Both the position numbers and the translations under genes were made by a program. A DNA stretch of 64,000 nucleotides from the human T2T-CHM13v2.0 reference genome, Homo sapiens. Positions 28,345 to 45,105 of the stretch are shown in pieces. The stretch lies in the NCBI RefSeq assembly GCF_009914755.1, contig NC_060940.1. One strand, given 5' to 3'. Under the pieces are notes generated by a model. That model ran no database searches and was not told the origin of the DNA. It worked only from the letters and a program-made list of their open reading frames with translations. Numbering within the stretch: position 1 is the first letter of the stretch; every line of letters begins with the position of its first letter.

Positions 28345-30174
28345 CCAGAAGCGCAAGCTCTGGCCGTGCCACACACATGAAGACTGAAACACACATGGGT
28401 ACATTCATCTAGTCACACACATTCACACCCACACTCTGACCCACACCATCATCCATGCAAACCCTCACACACTTAAACACATCCCCTCCCCAGAACCAAA
28501 TTTGACCTAACATGGCTGATGGGGCGTGGGAGGGTCCAGTCAGGATGTCCCTCTGGACCCTGGCCCACTCACGCCCTGTGAACTCCAGGCCCCTTGCTCA
28601 AGGTGGAGCCCCCACCTGTCCCTGTCCTAGTGGTCACAGGTCCTGAACACCCCCACTCTCGGCCCCCGAAGGGGCCCTGGTCACCATCGCGTGCACAGAA
28701 TCCTGGGTGCCTGGCTGGCCTTAGGGTAGGGGGTATGGGAAAAGGGAAAGATGTGGGGGCATAGTGCCCTGCCCTGGCTCAGCCGCCTCCTCCCTCGGGA
28801 TTTTCCATCCCGGCTCGCGCGGGCCCGCTAGAAGCCGGTGCGCTTTGTCTCCCGCCCCGCTCCTGGCACGTTTCCGTGGAAGCTGCCCGCGCCGCGCCCG
28901 AAGCCCCCCCTCCGCGGCCGCGCCCCCCGCCCAGCCCGCGGCGCAGGCCTGCCAGTGCGGCGACCGCCGCTTTGTCCTCTCGAGGATGCCTGGGCCGAGC
29001 GCGAAAGCCCCATGCCTTGGAACAGCCACCGCGCGTCCTGGAAGCAGGTCCCCGAGCCTCGGTTTGGGGTGCGCCCTGCATCGGAGCGGAGCAGCCCCCA
29101 AAGATTCGCGGGCACGAGGTTGGGGGTAGCGTCTACCTGGAGCTCTTGAGTGCTTGAGGGGAGACCCGCCCCGTCCCGCTCTGTACATGCCCATCTGGGA
29201 TTGGCCCCCAGCTGCGGTGCCAGAGGCTCGGTCCCCGGGGCGTGGTGGGCTAGGGCGGGTCGTCTCGACTTAGAGCCCCAGGCCTGGATCCAGGTAGGGA
29301 GGGCCTGGGAGATAAGGCCCAGGTGGGGAGAGGTGGGGAGGGGTCCCTCCTGTCCTCGTACATCCCCCTACACTACCTCTCACACCCAGGCCACCCAACC
29401 CTCGGCGCGGGCCCGAGCGCGGGGGATTCCGAGTGTCAGTGCTTTCCTCCACCCGCGACTCCGAGAAGGATGGGGAGGGGTCTCCCAGCGTTTCCCTGCC
29501 ACATTCCAATTCCACCCTTCACCAGTAACCTAGGAGGGTCCAAGTGGGAGGGGTAAGAGTCCTCTGTCTCTTCCACATCCTCGATCCTCCTCTTTACAAA
29601 ACCCTAGGGCCAAGGGAGGAGGGGGGAATAGGGAGGGGGGCGAGTGTGGAGGAAGGGGCCTGGGCAAGGGTCTTCCCTGCATCCCAAGCAGCCCTTCCTG
29701 AATACCCCTGGGAGGGTCTGGGCTAGGGGAGCGGTCCGCGATCTCATCCATCACCACCAGACTCCTTTGTAACCTCGAGCAGCCGAAGTGTTGCGGGGAG
29801 GGGTCCCCCTGCCTCGAGTCCCTTCATCCCACAACACCTCATCCTCCCGTCCTGAGTAATCCGAGCAGCCCCGTCGCCAGGCACAGCGGGAGGGAGGGTC
29901 CAAGCCTCCTCGCTCTCCCAGGAGAGATGGGGGGTGGGGGTGACCCCCAGCCCTCGCCCCTCATACCCAAGAGCCTTCTCCATGATAAAACGAAAACTAA
30001 CCCAAGCTGCTCCGACCTCCGGCGCCCGGCCACGGGAGGCCCCTAGTCAGTCGGCGGCTGTCCGGGACCCGCGGTCCTGAGAGCAACGAGAACACGTCCC
30101 GTCAACTCCCCAGCCCCTCACGCCTCGGTTCGCCCGCTCCCCAAGAAAACAAAAGCGAATTCAGCAGCACTGAC

Positions 30175-30350
30175 CTCTGACGGCGGGCGGGAGGGCGGTC
30201 AGCGCCCGGCAGCGCACCCCGCTCCTCCCGGCTCCTCACAGCCCGGGCTCCCGGCCGCAGATCTGGCGGCGGCCGCAGCGGCGGCGGCTCTCGCGGCTCT
30301 CGGGTCCGGAGCCTCCCTCAGACTCAGCACCTGGAGCGGCGAACAGCTCC
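30175..30350 (-). other. MEGF11: Non-coding first exon (5' UTR) of a minus-strand gene, probably MEGF11
   Basis: Minus-strand donor TCAGAG|GTCAGT at 30175/30174, just downstream of a CCAAT/GC-box cluster. No ATG-led frame in the exon and no coding exon in the next 30 kb. The gene name comes from recall of the MEGF11 5' UTR and locus and is unverified. TSS approximate. Confidence 0.6.
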
Positions 30351-30359
30351 GCGCTTCAT

Positions 30360-30470
30360 TCCTCTGACCCCGCCTCCCTCGCGCCGCCGGAGCCAATGGT
30401 GACCCGGACCCCGCCCAGGAGTCTGCCCATTGGGGGCGTCCTCCCCTCTCCCTCCGGCCCCGCCCGCAGG
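30360..30470 (-). promoter_or_regulatory. TATA-less core promoter with two CCAAT boxes and Sp/KLF GC boxes
   Basis: AGCCAATG (CCAAT 30393-30397), ATTGG 30429-30433, CCCCGCCC at 30409 and 30458, CCCCGCCT near 30368. Confidence 0.75.
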
Positions 30471-31537
30471 TTCCTGCGTCTCTCCTTCAAGACCACATCC
30501 CCCAGAGACCGGCGGAGTTTCGCACAGCCTTCTGGGACTTATAGTTCTTTAAGGACGCGGAGTGGGCTCACGCCGCGGGTAGGCAAACAGAGCGGGACTG
30601 CATTTCCCAGAGTGCACTGAAGACACGGAGGCGCGGAGCAGGGCGGGAGGACCGTTTCCATAGCAAAGACGACCAGCCGAGGATGGCTGGCGGAGGCGTG
30701 GGGCAGGCCGCAGGACCCTCGAAGGATCGTGTGAGACCCCGGGCAGCCTCTTGGGAGGCCATTTCGAGGAGAAAACCTTGATTTCTGCCTCAGGACCCTG
30801 GGCCTCAGTTTTCCTATCTGAGAAGAAGGGCGAAGAGCTGTGCCCCCGACCACACCCGTCGGTGATGGGGCAAACCGAGGGCAAGCAGGTTTGGTTCCTG
30901 CCCAGCAAAGGTGAGGGAGGACGGAGGAGACTCTCCCACCGCATTCAGAACTTTATTCCTTTATTTTTGTCTCAATCTTGTCATAGAGGAGCGCTTCACT
31001 TTTGGTCATCCCTTGGGCCACCAGGGCCTTCCCGTCTCCGTCTTCCCATCGCAGGTCCTGGCCTCCTTCACACCACTCCAGGATACCGCAGCATCTCCCC
31101 CAGCGCAGCAGACGGAGGGCGCTTCACATGCCCCCGGACCTAAGCCCACTCTCCCCTTCAAGATCTGGACTCCACTTTTTTGCAACACTCTTAACTTCTT
31201 TGGAAGCTGGGAAGCCTCCTACTCCCTTGGGCCTCTCCACCCTGCCCTCAGCTAACTCGTCGGCAAGCCCCAGCCTAGACATTGCCTGTTTTGTGAAGAC
31301 ATCTAGATGCTGGGCTGTCTGTTGAGTGCCCCACCCTGTGTTTGAGCAGCACCCTCTACTTCCCCTGTTCTACTTGCATGTTTATGTGCTCGTCTTCCTC
31401 ATTATAAGATCCACAGGGGAGGGGCCATGTCTATATTATTCATACTTACAGTCCAGTGTCTAGTATCTGGCACGTAGTAGGCACTCACTAGCTATTGAGA
31501 TATAAATATAGATATTTGTTGAATTGAAAATGAATTG

Positions 31538-31837
31538 GGCCGGGCGTGGTGGCTCACGCCTGTAATCCCAGAACTTTGGGAGGCCGAGGCAGGTGGATCA
31601 CTAGGTCAGGAGTTCGAGACAAGTCTGACCAAAATGGTGAAACCCAGTCTCTACTAAAAATACAAAAATTAGCTGGGCGTGGTGGCACGTGCCTGTAATC
31701 CCAGCTATTCAGGAGGCTGAGGCGGGAGAATCGCTTGAACCCCGGGAGGTGGAGGTTGCAGTGAGTCGAGATTGCACCACTACACTCCAGCCTGGACAAC
31801 AGAGTGAGACCCTGTCTCAAAAAAAAAAAAAAAAAAG
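31538..31837 (+). mobile_element. AluS
   Basis: Full Alu with A tail. Confidence 0.95.
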
Positions 31838-32240
31838 AGAAAAAGAATAAAATTTAAAAAAAGAAAATAAAGGAACCTCATTCACATACACCTCCAAAAC
31901 TCTGATTTCCTAAAGTTGGGCATTTCTCATTGCTGGAGGTGTTCAGTTAGAGGCATGCCGCCCCCTTGAAGAAATGTTTATTTCATTTGTACAGTGGGTT
32001 GGGATTTTACCTGAATGCTTTGAGTACCCTTTTAATCCTATGATGCTAGAGATTGATAGACCCATGCCTATTATTCCTGTCAGTTCTCCCTGAAATGTCA
32101 TCAGTTCTTCATGTTCCGCTATTTCTAGCTGTTGGCCCTACTCGTTTCTGTGCCTAAATGCCCTACCTCCCACTCCTTTTCTGAGAAAGATCTTCTGCCC
32201 TGTCAGTTATGAAGTAAAGATGTCCTAAGATTCCTGCTCT

Positions 32241-32424
32241 TTCTTTTTTCTTTCTTTCTTTCTCTCTCTTTTTTTTTTTTTCGACGGAGTTTCGCTCTTG
32301 TTGCCTGGAGTGCAATGGCTGGAGTGCAATGGCGCGATCTCAGCTCACTGCAGCCTCTGCCACCTAGGCCCACCTTGGTCTCCCAAAGTGCTGGCATTAC
32401 AGGTGTGAGCCACTGTGCCCGGCC
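32241..32424 (-). mobile_element. Alu with large internal deletion
   Basis: Both Alu ends present within ~150 bp; TSD TCCTGCTCTT. Confidence 0.9.
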
Positions 32425-33408
32425 TCCTGCTCTTCTTTCAACCCTCTGCTCAGCATCTTAGGCCTCATTGGTGATGTCCCACCTTGCTAGGTAGCATCTT
32501 TCCTGAATATTTCTCCACTAAACATTCTGATGTTGGCTAGATGGCCTAGTTAATCTACACATTTCATTTTATCACCTTCTCCAGATGTTTTTTTGTGTAT
32601 GTCAGCTGATACACTCTGGGGAGAATGCCTTAATATATGGGAATAATTAACTCATGGCCAAGAAGGAAATAACCAAGGGGACTTTTACTCTGGACCTAAT
32701 TCAAACCAAAGAGACAGAGCCTGAGAGAAAGCAGCTCTGTCATCCTTGAGTTAGTAACATCCAGGAAGGGAAGGCTAGGGTGGGGGAGTGAGTAAAACAG
32801 ATGGCATTTAGGGAAGAACCAACAGGACTTTAAGAGGCATGGCAGAGGGGCTTTGATCCTGGCTAAACCATCAGGGAAGGCAATTGGAGCTGGGTGAACA
32901 GATGGGGTCTTATTACTGAAGAGAAAACGGTAAGGAGGCAGGGGGAAATGGGACGTGTGCTAAAGCAGAGTGCCTCATTCAGTGGATGCAGTGAGAGCAG
33001 AGGCTGCTGGAAAAGTGGATCAGGGAGGACCATGCCACCAGGTGGGCATCAGCAGAGTATCACCCGAGTATTGCAGAGGGATACCAAATAAGTCCACCTG
33101 AAGCCAGAGCTGAAACCCTGTGGAGGTCCGTTTACCCCTTCAGAAGTAGTGTACCACCATCCATCTACCACTGGAATCCAATTTCAGTTTTGGCAAATTG
33201 TTATAAATAGGAAAAAGTCAGGGTTCCACAATTCTGGCAGCACCCAGAGACTATAACAGCATCTGCACAGCCAAGTAGAGTTAGGAAACCTGGATCCTAA
33301 TCCTGACTTTGCCTCTGATTAGATGTGTGACCCTGGGCTGGAGCTGTTTTTTCAGTTGTAAAATGCTGTTTATTGGTGTTAGGTAGCAGCTAATAAGGCT
33401 GGAGGTGG

Positions 33409-33716
33409 GGCTGGGTGTAGTGGCTCACACATGTAATCTCAGCAGTTTGACAGGCCAAGGCAGGAGGATTGCTTGAGGCCAGGGATTTGAGACCAGCTTG
33501 GGCTACATAGTGAGACTCTGCCTGTACTAAAAATTAAAAAAAAAAAAATAACTCAGTGCAGTGGCGCATGCCTGTAGTCCCAGCTACTCAGGAGGTTGGG
33601 GTGGGAGGGTTGCTTGAGCCCAGGAGTTCGAGGCTGCAGTGAACTATGATCAATCACACCACTGCATTCTAGTAGCCTGAGTGACAGAGCAAGACCTGTC
33701 TCTAAAAAAAAAGAAA
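33409..33716 (+). mobile_element. AluJ
   Basis: Full Alu; TSD TAAGG(C/G)TGGAGGT. Confidence 0.93.
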
Positions 33717-34379
33717 TTTTTTTTAAGGGTGGAGGTAGGGAAATTCAAAGCTACTTACTAGCTGTGTGACCTTGCCTAAACTACCTCCTTGGATTTGCAG
33801 TCTGTTTATTTGAAAATGTCATAAGGGATAAATGAGATTCCTTATGTAAAGTACTTTATAAATATTAAGCACTTACCAAATGTTAGTCTGTTTTCACATT
33901 ATTCTTCTTGGATTACCAGAAATTGGTTTGACCATGAATAAACAGGAGATAATTTCTTGGGTAATCTGAGTTTGAATCCCCTTTCTCTCTCTTACTAATT
34001 GTATGACTTTGATTAGGTTATTTAATATTTAATTGTTCTGGGTCTCAGTTTTCTCATTTGTGAAATTAAAATGTGTTCTTCAGAATTGTGAGGGTTAAAT
34101 GTGATAAAAGGCCTGACTCATATGAGAAAATGCTCAATATATTTGTTTTGTCATTTTTAAGGGGTGGTTTTAGGGCACAGAACCCTAAAGGAATGAATGG
34201 AATTCTAAATACTTCGAAGCTAGAGTAGTGAAAGATTCCAGGGGAACACAGTGCTGGCCTTCTCCCTTCTTCTTGGGGAAGAAAAGATCTCAGTGAAGTT
34301 CCATGGGTCTTCTCAGTAAGTAAAGAGGAGATTAACTAGAATGCTGAATCTCAGACACTGAGGGGTTAGAGTGATTGAC

Positions 34380-36799
<2,420 letters not shown>

Positions 36800-37529
36800 T
36801 AGAAAATGTGTTTCAGAAACAAATTTGAATATTTTTTGCAAATTTTATTTCTTAGCAACGATTTGTTTTCTCAGTTTAGAACATAAATTAGAGAACTTGT
36901 GTTGATTTATTTTTTTCCAAATGTAGAGCTTAGAGCTTAATTCATGCCTTTGAAATGCCATGAATTTGAAATGCAGCCATATTCCTCTCTGCATCCTTGA
37001 GAGGGATTACAAGGATTTTATTAGTTTTTCAAATAATCTTGCCAGCACATTTAGACTTCCCACGAGGGTCTCCTATCAATAATGCTGGATTGTGAGTGAT
37101 GTTGCCAAAGTGCTGTGCGTGGGATATTTAAGACAAGTCAAATAAGCAGCCAACTTTAGGATTTCCCAAGCAGGAGCTCAGTTTGCAATTACAGGACTTG
37201 GTATAGAATATGAAACGTGCATCTAAATGTTAATTAAGAAAAACAATCTCCGTAACGTCTAAAGAAAAAAGGACAAAATCAGTTAATTGCTTTGAGCAAT
37301 CTCTATCTTTGAAAAAAAGAATGTTATATTAAAACATTTTCGTATGGTTGATATGTCTTTGTAATCTTGAAATAGGCCTGCTATTCCAGCCCCTCGAAGT
37401 GGGGTTGGGGGCAGCTCAGAAAATATTTTGTGAATCAATTCATGAATGTTATGATAATCTGGCCAATGTTCAAAATTCTTCTTTTTTATCCTAAACTTTC
37501 ATAAAATATTTTTACAAGAGGAGTGACTG

Positions 37530-38085
37530 TTTTAAAACCCAAGTCAGATCATATCACACCTCTGCTCCTAGCGGCTTTTCTGTGTCATTGAGAGCAAACC
37601 CTAAAGTCCTTATGGTAGCCTACATGGCATGAACTTTGACTCCTGTAGCCTCACTGACCCCTCCCCTAGACTCTCTGCTCCAGTACCTTAACCTTCTTTA
37701 ATTGTACCAGACACTGTGGCCTCAGCGCCTTTGTAGCCTTTGAACTTGCTGTTTTCTTCGCTTGGAAGCTCTTTCCCTAAATATGCTCCTGGTCATCCTA
37801 TAAAATGGCACCCTTTTCTCTCTTGACACTTTCTATCACCCTTGCCTGCTATTTTTTTTTTTCGTCAATAGCACTTATCACCATCTAACATATACATTCT
37901 CTCTCTTTTTTTTTTTTTTGTTGTCTGTCTATACCCACTCCCAACTCTCCAGTGACCGAGTAGAATAAGCTCTCCATCAGGGTAGAGACTTTGTCTATTT
38001 TGTTCACTGCTATGCCCACAGCATGTAGAACAGTATCTGGTACATAATAAGTACTCAGCAAATGCTTTGAATGAATAAGAATAAC
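37530..38085 (+). mobile_element. L2a 3' end
   Basis: AAGTCAGATCATATCACACCTCTGCTC...AGTACTCAGCAAATGCTTTGAATGAAT. Confidence 0.85.
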
Positions 38086-38114
38086 AGCACATCCTCCATA
38101 ATACATAAACCTAA

Positions 38115-38419
<305 letters not shown>

Positions 38420-38429
38420 TATTTTTAAT

Positions 38430-39400
<971 letters not shown>

Positions 39401-39724
39401 TTTTCTTTTTTCTTTCTTTTTTTTTTTTTTTTTTTTTGGTCATTGGTTAGTTCAGTAGGTCCCCAGGAGGCTCTTGGAGGGCCGATGTCCTACCTTGTAG
39501 ATTGTGCCCAATATTTAGCACACAAAGGAAGCTTATCATAGCATCTTAAAGTTGGAAGGGACTGCATTCATCATCTAGCTCAACTAAAATTTTGGACAGA
39601 TGGCTTTCCGTCCTCTGCTTACACATCCCTGGTAATGAGGACCTTGCCACCTCATGGGACAGCCTGTCCAGTTTTTGACCTGCACTTCAAGTGTTGAGCT
39701 GGCATTTTCCCTCTGTGACTTTGA

Positions 39725-40051
<327 letters not shown>

Positions 40052-40345
40052 TGACCCAGTTCTGCCCTCAGGAGCATCAGGGCCCACATACCAAGTGTTA
40101 TAGAACCTCCTCCTCCATGACTGCCTATCTCAGCAAATATGTTGCCAGACTAGAATGTTCAATCCCAGGTGAAGTCTGGCAGGCCCAGAGGCCAGGACCC
40201 TGTCCCGGCCATAAGTCTTTGCAGTGGCCAAGTCAGCAGCTTTTCCAACTGGGTTCATGTGAAGCTTATGGTAAGCTGAGATGCTGAGATCTTTATGTGA
40301 CCTGCAGCCAAACCTAGTTCCTCTTATCCTACACTCCTGCAGTTT

Positions 40346-40377
<32 letters not shown>
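40346..40377. repeat. (TTG)n microsatellite
   Basis: Direct read, about 10 units. Confidence 0.97.
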
Positions 40378-40378
<1 letters not shown>

Positions 40379-40547
40379 TTTCTTTTTGAAACCTGAAAGC
40401 AAGAGTTTGGTTTTCTCCCTGTTTTATTTCAACCTGCTTGTAGAGAAGCTGCCCTGGTCCCACTCCTCCTATCTGAAAAGGAAATAAGAATAATCCTGAC
40501 AACTTCACGTGTAGGTGTGATGATTGATTGTGAGATGCAGGGTTAAA

Positions 40548-41125
40548 TGTGTGTCACTCATTTTTGTTGCCTGACATCTGAGCCGCCTTTCTGTCCTTGA
40601 GGAATTCCATGTGTCATGAGGTAGAGCCATATTCCTTTGCACCTAGGGCATGGGCACTGGCCTGAGGCTCAGGCTTCTCTGGCCAGACAAACCATACCCA
40701 CTATTGGCTCCCTCCATCAATTTTTAATTGGAAGCAAAAGACAGCAAAGGGGAAGGGCCTGCTTAGCAGCCCTTTTAGTGATTCGATGGGTATGATCTCA
40801 GTTACCAGTGACAACAGTTTTATGGGCAGCATCCAGCATGGGGTTGTCCGTGGTGTGGGTTGGGGGGCAGTATTCCAGCCTTGGTGGTCACAATAATGTC
40901 TTCTTAGACCAGTGCTGAGTTGGGATTGGGGCATTGTTCCTGACTGTGTGCTTCCAAGCCTGGTTCTCCTAGCCTCCTGGAGATTTTATGAGCTACTCGC
41001 TATCTTTTTTTTTCCTCTTTTTTCTTTTTTTCTACTCACTATCTTTTAAATAAATTCCTTTGCTGTACATGACAGCCAAAGGTAGTTACTTTTGCTTGCA
41101 ACTAAAAATCCTAATCAATATATAC
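40548..41125 (+). mobile_element. Old ERVL solo LTR (LTR33-like)
   Basis: 3' end AATAAATTCCTTT...TTGCTTGCAACTAAAAATCCTAA typical of LTR33/ERVL. Confidence 0.65.
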
Positions 41126-42229
41126 AGGTTATGAAAAGTGCATTGAAAAGTGCTAAGCACCACAAGTGTAGAAGATGTTGTTTGAGATTTTCATTCTTAA
41201 GTAGTCGGGGGTGAGGGCATTGGGAGGGGATAGGCCTGAGCGCCGTACCTGCTGAGAGTTCAGACAAGTCTAGCATGCCCAGAGAGCTGGTCGGTGGGAG
41301 GGTGGGATAGAAAGAACTTGGGGACTGGACATTGGCTTGACATTTAAAGGCTGGTCATTGATCCTAAAGCAGGTGTGAGCAGAGTCACACCAGCTTGATG
41401 TAGGGATAGCAGAGGCCAGAGGGCTTACTGGGCACACATGAGCAGATTGACTGCCTGCCTCTCTGACCCTTGGACCATTACCAACCGTCAGGGCTAGGAA
41501 GTGGGGCTAGGATGTAAGCAGGTCACCTGGGGCTTTGTAGCTGCCTGTAGGGCGTTCTCACAGGGGGTGGAAGAGGACACCTGCTTGGATTTGCCCTCTG
41601 CCCTTGGGACCCAGAAGCCGTCATGGGTGAGTTGGGATTCCATCCTTTGCTGCCCTCAGACTGACACCTGGGTCCATCAGCCCTGGGGCTGAGGCTGGCA
41701 CTGTTGCTCTGGTCAGGAGAGTAATGGGCTCTTTGTAGCATTGTCACGATGAGCACAGCCTCTCTGGGGTCTTCTTCTCATGAACCCCAGATTGTCCCCA
41801 AGTCAGTCCTGCTGGGGAGTGTGTGTTTGGGCTGGGGGGTATTCCTGCCTTAGGGTGTTCCCTGATCCCAGTGTACACTGGACATTGGTATGGCTGGATG
41901 CCTGTCTTTGCCCAGTAGCCTGGCACACCTTCAAGGAGGCCTGAGATCACATGTGTCCAAAGCAGCCAGGGGTCATGTATTGGGGTTGGACCACAGTCAT
42001 ATCAGAAATATGACAGCATCATTCAGAGGGATCCTCATAGGGAACTGTAGATTCTGTTTGGTTTTTGTGACTGATTGGTTTTTGCTATGTTAAGATCGCA
42101 ACTACAGACTTTAATTTTCTTGCCAGATATGACTATATATAATACTGTTTTGATACCAGTTAAAATAAAATCCATTACAAAAACAACATAGAGTATACGT
42201 TCTTAAGCATCATCTGATCTAGACAGCCT

Positions 42230-42410
42230 TTCAATGCCTAAGTTACTTTGTGTCAGGCAGTGCTCCGACATTTTACATGCTTTCTATTATTTAATCTTAA
42301 CCACAACACTATGAACTAGGTACTATTATGTAAGAATTCCCCATTTTACAGCCAAGGAAATGGATGCCCAGAGGGTTACAGGACTAGCCCAAGGTCACAT
42401 AGCCATGAAA
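42230..42410 (-). mobile_element. MIR
   Basis: CCCATTTTACAGCCAAGGAAA...GCCCAAGGTCACATAGC. Confidence 0.75.
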
Positions 42411-43266
42411 TGTCTGTTTACCCACCCCCAGAGACTGAGAACTGCCCTTCCATCAGCCCATTCCACTGGGGGGGAGGCTCTAGTTTTTGAAATGCGTTTC
42501 CTCACATGGAACTAAACTTTGCTTCTCCCTGTCAATCCCACTCCTGTTTCTGCTTATCCTAGTAGCCCATCATGGTGGCTCCTGGTCTCCCATTCTTCTG
42601 GCTCAGTTCTCTACCCCATTTGTTCCTGGGGGCACTTCAAGTTCTTCCTCTAGGAACCTCTGAACCATTTTGTATCAGCTAAGTCCTTGGAAGAATCACT
42701 GCAGGTAGCTCTCCAATTCTTTGTTTACTTTGACTCCAAAGGTTCTGGTATCCAGTTTGTCTTACTCCTGGCAGGGGCATGGCAAGAAATCATAAATATG
42801 ACCACAAACTTTAGAAGGGGATTGGTAGAACATTCTCTTTCCCCAAGAAAAATGGCAAGAAAACAAAACAGCAGAAACAGCACTACTACTACACTAAGAA
42901 TTGTATTACTGAACAGGAATATTCTGTCTGCTCCTCGGACTAGAATGCAAGCTTCCTGAGAGCAGAAAGTTTTGCTACTTTTGTTTACTGCTGAGTTCCC
43001 AGTGCCTAGAATGGTGCCTGGAGCATAGTAAATATTGAACTATTTGTTGAATGAGTTAACAGTACAATTCCACATCTGGTGCTGCTTTCTTGTGTTATTA
43101 AATTGTTTGGGGGGAATAATGTGATCTCCCAAGTCCATGGCTTTGAATTTTGTTTTCCCTTATCTTACTAGCAGTTTTTCTAATTTTTGTGTGATTTTGA
43201 TTCACAAGAAGATAGCCTTAACAATATGTAAAGTACAGTGAATAAATAACTCTGCCGCTAAAGCAA

Positions 43267-43568
<302 letters not shown>

Positions 43569-43748
43569 TAAAGCAATTTCATCTGATCATGTAACCCTAA
43601 GTATAAATCTGAATTTGATTCAGCCTGATAAAGAGCAATATGCATGAGGTATTGGCTTTCTAGCCTCCTATCCTATGGAAAGACATTCTGTGACTTTCTG
43701 CTTTGAATTTCGAATTTGAATGCAGAATGTAAAATCATTAGGAAATAG

Positions 43749-44080
<332 letters not shown>

Positions 44081-44762
44081 CAGAATATTCATCTTAATAT
44101 CAAAATAATTATTTTCAAGAAAAATCTTTAAGTGAAGTTGATGTCCAGGGTGCTCAGTGCAAAGGGACTTTGTGAAAATGTTGGTTGAATGAATGTTGTT
44201 CGCCCTCATCTCCAGGATGCCCTTGCTCAGGTCCTAGCAGGTCTGAAAAGGCATAGTGAGCCCTCTAGGCTGAGAGGTAAATATGTTAATATTCAGTGGG
44301 TACCACCTATACACCAGGTAAGGTGCCAGGTGTTTTACCTATGTAACCTCAGTTTAATCTTTATACCCTGCAAGGATCCTTATTTTATAAGCTAGAAATG
44401 GGAGAATCATAGAAATTAGGGAACTTTCTTAAGGTCTGGAATAGGATAGAACCAAGATAGGAATCCTTCCTGGTCTGTCTGAGGCTCTGCTCTCCATATA
44501 TACCATGTAACCGCCTGAGGCCAGTTTACTCACAATTTTCTTAGAGACTGCAGGGGGAATATGGCCCACTTCTGTGTCCTGGGGGCATGAAAGAAACGCC
44601 TCATGTCTGTCTTCCTTGTTGAAGGCTGAAAGGGAAAGGATTGCAGGACTCAATGGTGGGCACAGGAAGGCAGTATCTTGGAGGGTCTGGAGCATCTCCT
44701 CATTGGCCAAGTGGGTCAAGCAGGCAAAGGAAGAGGAATGAACTCTGGTGAACAAGAGTAGG

Positions 44763-45105
44763 TTGTCCCCTCCAAAATTCATGTTGAAACTTAATCTGCA
44801 ATGTAACAATATTAAGAGGTGGAGGCTTTAAGGATGATTGGGTCACGAGGGCTCTGGATAAATGGGTTAACAGATTAATGGATTAATGTTATAAAAGCCA
44901 GTTTGGCTCTCAGTGCACCACTCTTGCCCTGTGATGACTTCTGCCAGTTATGACACAGCACAAGGCCCTCACCAGAAGGTGACCAGATGTGGCTTCCTGT
45001 TCTTGGACTTCCCAGCCCCCAGAACTGTAAGAAATACATTCTTTTCTTTATAAGTTATCCAGTTTCAGGTATTCAGTTATAGCAATAGAAAATGGGACTA
45101 AGACA
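44763..45105 (+). mobile_element. MaLR solo LTR (MST-like), 5' tip missing
   Basis: TGTCCCCTCCAAAATTCATGTTGAAACTTAATC...GACTAAGACA. Confidence 0.9.

Larger units (their letters stand above)
28750..31140. promoter_or_regulatory. CpG island spanning promoter, exon 1 and start of intron 1
   Basis: Abrupt rise in GC content and CpG density (CGCG, GCGGCCGC, CCGCGG sites) against CpG-depleted flanks. Confidence 0.95.

Noticed and set aside
30160-30345. REST/NRSE-like motifs (TTCAGCAGCACTGAC; CTCAGCACCTGGAGCGGCG)
   Set aside because: Only the left half-site resembles consensus; the GGACAG right half is absent.
28721-31325. Many overlapping 60-160 aa ORFs in the CpG island
   Set aside because: Stop-poor GC-rich DNA gives R/G/P/A-rich frames on both strands with no recognisable domain.
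33033-33050. CTCF-like motif GCCACCAGGTGGGCA
   Set aside because: Deviates at the conserved GGCGC/GGCAG end and cannot be supported without ChIP data.
40130-40487. PolyQ / polyC ORFs
   Set aside because: These are reading frames of a (TTG)n microsatellite.
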